Position numbers and translations under genes: made by a program. From the NCBI GenBank assembly GCA_013239625.1, contig MU053410.1, positions 13,451-77,450 of the forward strand: a stretch of DNA of 64,000 nucleotides, written 5' to 3'. Position 1 is the first letter of the stretch, and each line of letters starts with the position of its first letter. The notes below the pieces were generated by a model, which searched no databases, was not told where the DNA came from, and was given only the letters and a program-made list of their open reading frames with translations. Shown piece by piece: positions 61,901 through 64,000 of the stretch. The DNA comes from Lama guanicoe. Taxonomy: Eukaryota.

Positions 61901-64000
61901 CAGAGTCAGGAGGCTGTGGGAGAATGAAGGGCGCTCACGGGGCTCACTGAGAGCACTGCCGCCCTCAGCCCCCCTCAGGGTCTGCCTGGAGCCGGGGGCT
62001 GCTGGGCAGCTGACGCGGGGCGGGGGCACGGGCCTGGTCAGTGCAGGGCCTCTCGCTGGACGCCCATGGCCCCCCCTGCACCTCATCCGTTCCTCACCAT
62101 GAGACACGGCCACTTCATTCTGGTCATCTAGCTCACGACCGGACACCCCTGTGACTGACAGGCCCCACATGCCCAGTGAGTGTTTACAGACTGAAGCAGC
62201 ACAGCCATCACTAGATCTAGACACAGGCTGTACCCACCACCCAGGAGGAGCCCCGGGGCCCCTGTGGTCACTGCTGCCCTGAAGGGGTAACCTTGCGTCT
62301 GCCCTGTCATCCTAGTTCCTGCTGGTTTGTGAGTTGTGTGCCCGTGAATCACTGCATGCCCTCAAGAGGGTGTGACCACTGGTCCTCCAGGAAGCAGGCA
62401 CTGACACAGAGAGAACGGTGACAGATTCATTAGGGGTGACAATAGGAGGGAACAGAGGCGGCGGCAGGATGGAGCAGCAAAACATTCGGGCCGTAATGCA
62501 CCTCTGAAATCTTCTCTTACACATCATTGCCACAGCTGAGAGGCCTCTTCAGGTGTCAAATGAGACTGTGCTCTGTAACTTGTGCCGGTGACTGAGACCT
62601 CAGAGGCCACAAGGGGGGTGGGGGTGGCGGTGATGAATACCATCTGAGAATTGGTGCTGGGTGTCCCAGGGGGGCAAGACACACCAGGTGGTCCTGGACA
62701 AGTACCGGGACGTCTGGAATTCACTGGGACCTGCAGAACAGAAGAGAGAGCTGTGTTGGATGACAGACAAAAGGAAAACACCTACAGAACCTGAAATGCA
62801 ATGCAGCAGCTGTCAGCACCGGGCACCCTCCCCTCCACCGGGTGCCCAGACAGCAGCACAGGGCCACACACTCGACCTTGGGGATAAAACACTGTTGCCA
62901 CACGATACCACCGGTGTCTGTAAGTGGAGGAAGGCGAGAGTCCTGCGCCTGAGACGACGTGCAGAGGTTCCAGCAAATTGATAAAGTAGGGCCTCCCAAA
63001 CAGGAAGCCTCTCTGTGCAGGACAACCCACCCTGACACCTCCCCAGCTCCACAGAAGCATGGTCTGCATGAACCAGAAACACAGAGAAAGAAAGGAAGTA
63101 AAGGCCTGGTTTTCCGCACATAGAATCAGAGCTGCACCTGGGTAGTTGCTCTGCCTGCAGGACCCTGCCAGACCCTCTCTACTTCCTGCTCACAAAGGGC
63201 CCTCCTGCGCCATGCAGGAGCTGCCCCTGGGCGCAATGAGTTCTGAGGAGCTGGGCGTCCCACAGTCCTGTGGGGGAGCTGGCAAAGTGATTCTGAGGGG
63301 GCAAGGCTGTCCTCAGAAGGGAGTCAGGCTCTGCTACAATCATCCTTATTCTCAGGGATGTCTGGATTTTAAGTTCGCTAGGAAAAGCACACTACGTTTG
63401 TCCTTTGGTAAAGTGAAGGGGGAAGTCTCAATCCTGCAAATAACACCAACGGGATTTTAGCTCATGGAAAATCCCACGGTGTGTGATGAGACAGAGGAGC
63501 AGCTCTGACAGCTTACAGGGCAGAACCGACCCAGTGTGGGATAGAGAACATGATGCCAGGACTGTGGTGCGAATTGGTCCTGCAGAGAAGTAGGCATTTT
63601 CACTGCGGGCTCTCTCCCTTCCAGCCTCTATTCCCTACTATAAATGCACCATCTCTAAGAGTCAGGCTTTTCTGCCCAGAGTACCACTGGAGGCAGCGGC
63701 CAAGACACACTTACCTCCCGAGAAAAGACAAGTGACGGGCTGTGACACCTACCACACCCAGGAAGACTCAGAGTTGCACACAGCACACGGTACAAAGCTG
63801 GAGGGCGGGCTTTGCCCCTTTTCAGTCACCGGGATCTGAATGGACATTCTGAACTGGAGAATCACCTGGCCTGAGCCGGGGAACCAGTCAAAAGAATGAC
63901 GACACAGAAGCCCGTCTCAGTGACCCAGGAGCAACCCCAGGTGCAGGAGGTCAGGAAGGAGTCAGCCGAGCCACGAGAAGTCAGTGTGGAGCGAGGGCTC

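Overview
Mammalian genomic DNA. The L1 3' end (…CTGTACACCAGAAATTGACACAAC…ACTGACTAT…) resembles camelid L1s, which is my recollection and not a search result. Positions 1-54.6 kb are a head-to-tail array of about 2.7 near-identical ~19.3 kb units: A 1-21090 (with 4 assembly gaps), B 21091-40416, and partial C 40417-~54615. Each unit is a mosaic. It contains a CpG island with a signal-peptide-like first exon, two intact PRSS47-like serine-protease exons (no recognisable catalytic-His or catalytic-Ser exon), old repeats, and a 5'-truncated L1 with a 10-bp TSD. It also has a second CpG-island promoter/first exon of an unidentified gene (truncated in B), antisense L1 pieces, and a ~1.37 kb telomere-derived 18-mer satellite directly upstream of the next unit's CpG island. 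Unit A alone carries a B3GALNT2 exon fragment in place of an equal length of L1. From 54.6 kb the sequence is single-copy in this window: AT-rich intron-like DNA, a long old L1 with a Tigger2-type MITE, then GC-rich DNA with a minus-strand TATA promoter and two candidate exons. Several features point to assembly artefacts (false duplications across gaps, equal-length swap, near-identity of B and C), so copy number needs independent confirmation. No complete protein-coding gene, RNA gene or CRISPR array is evident.
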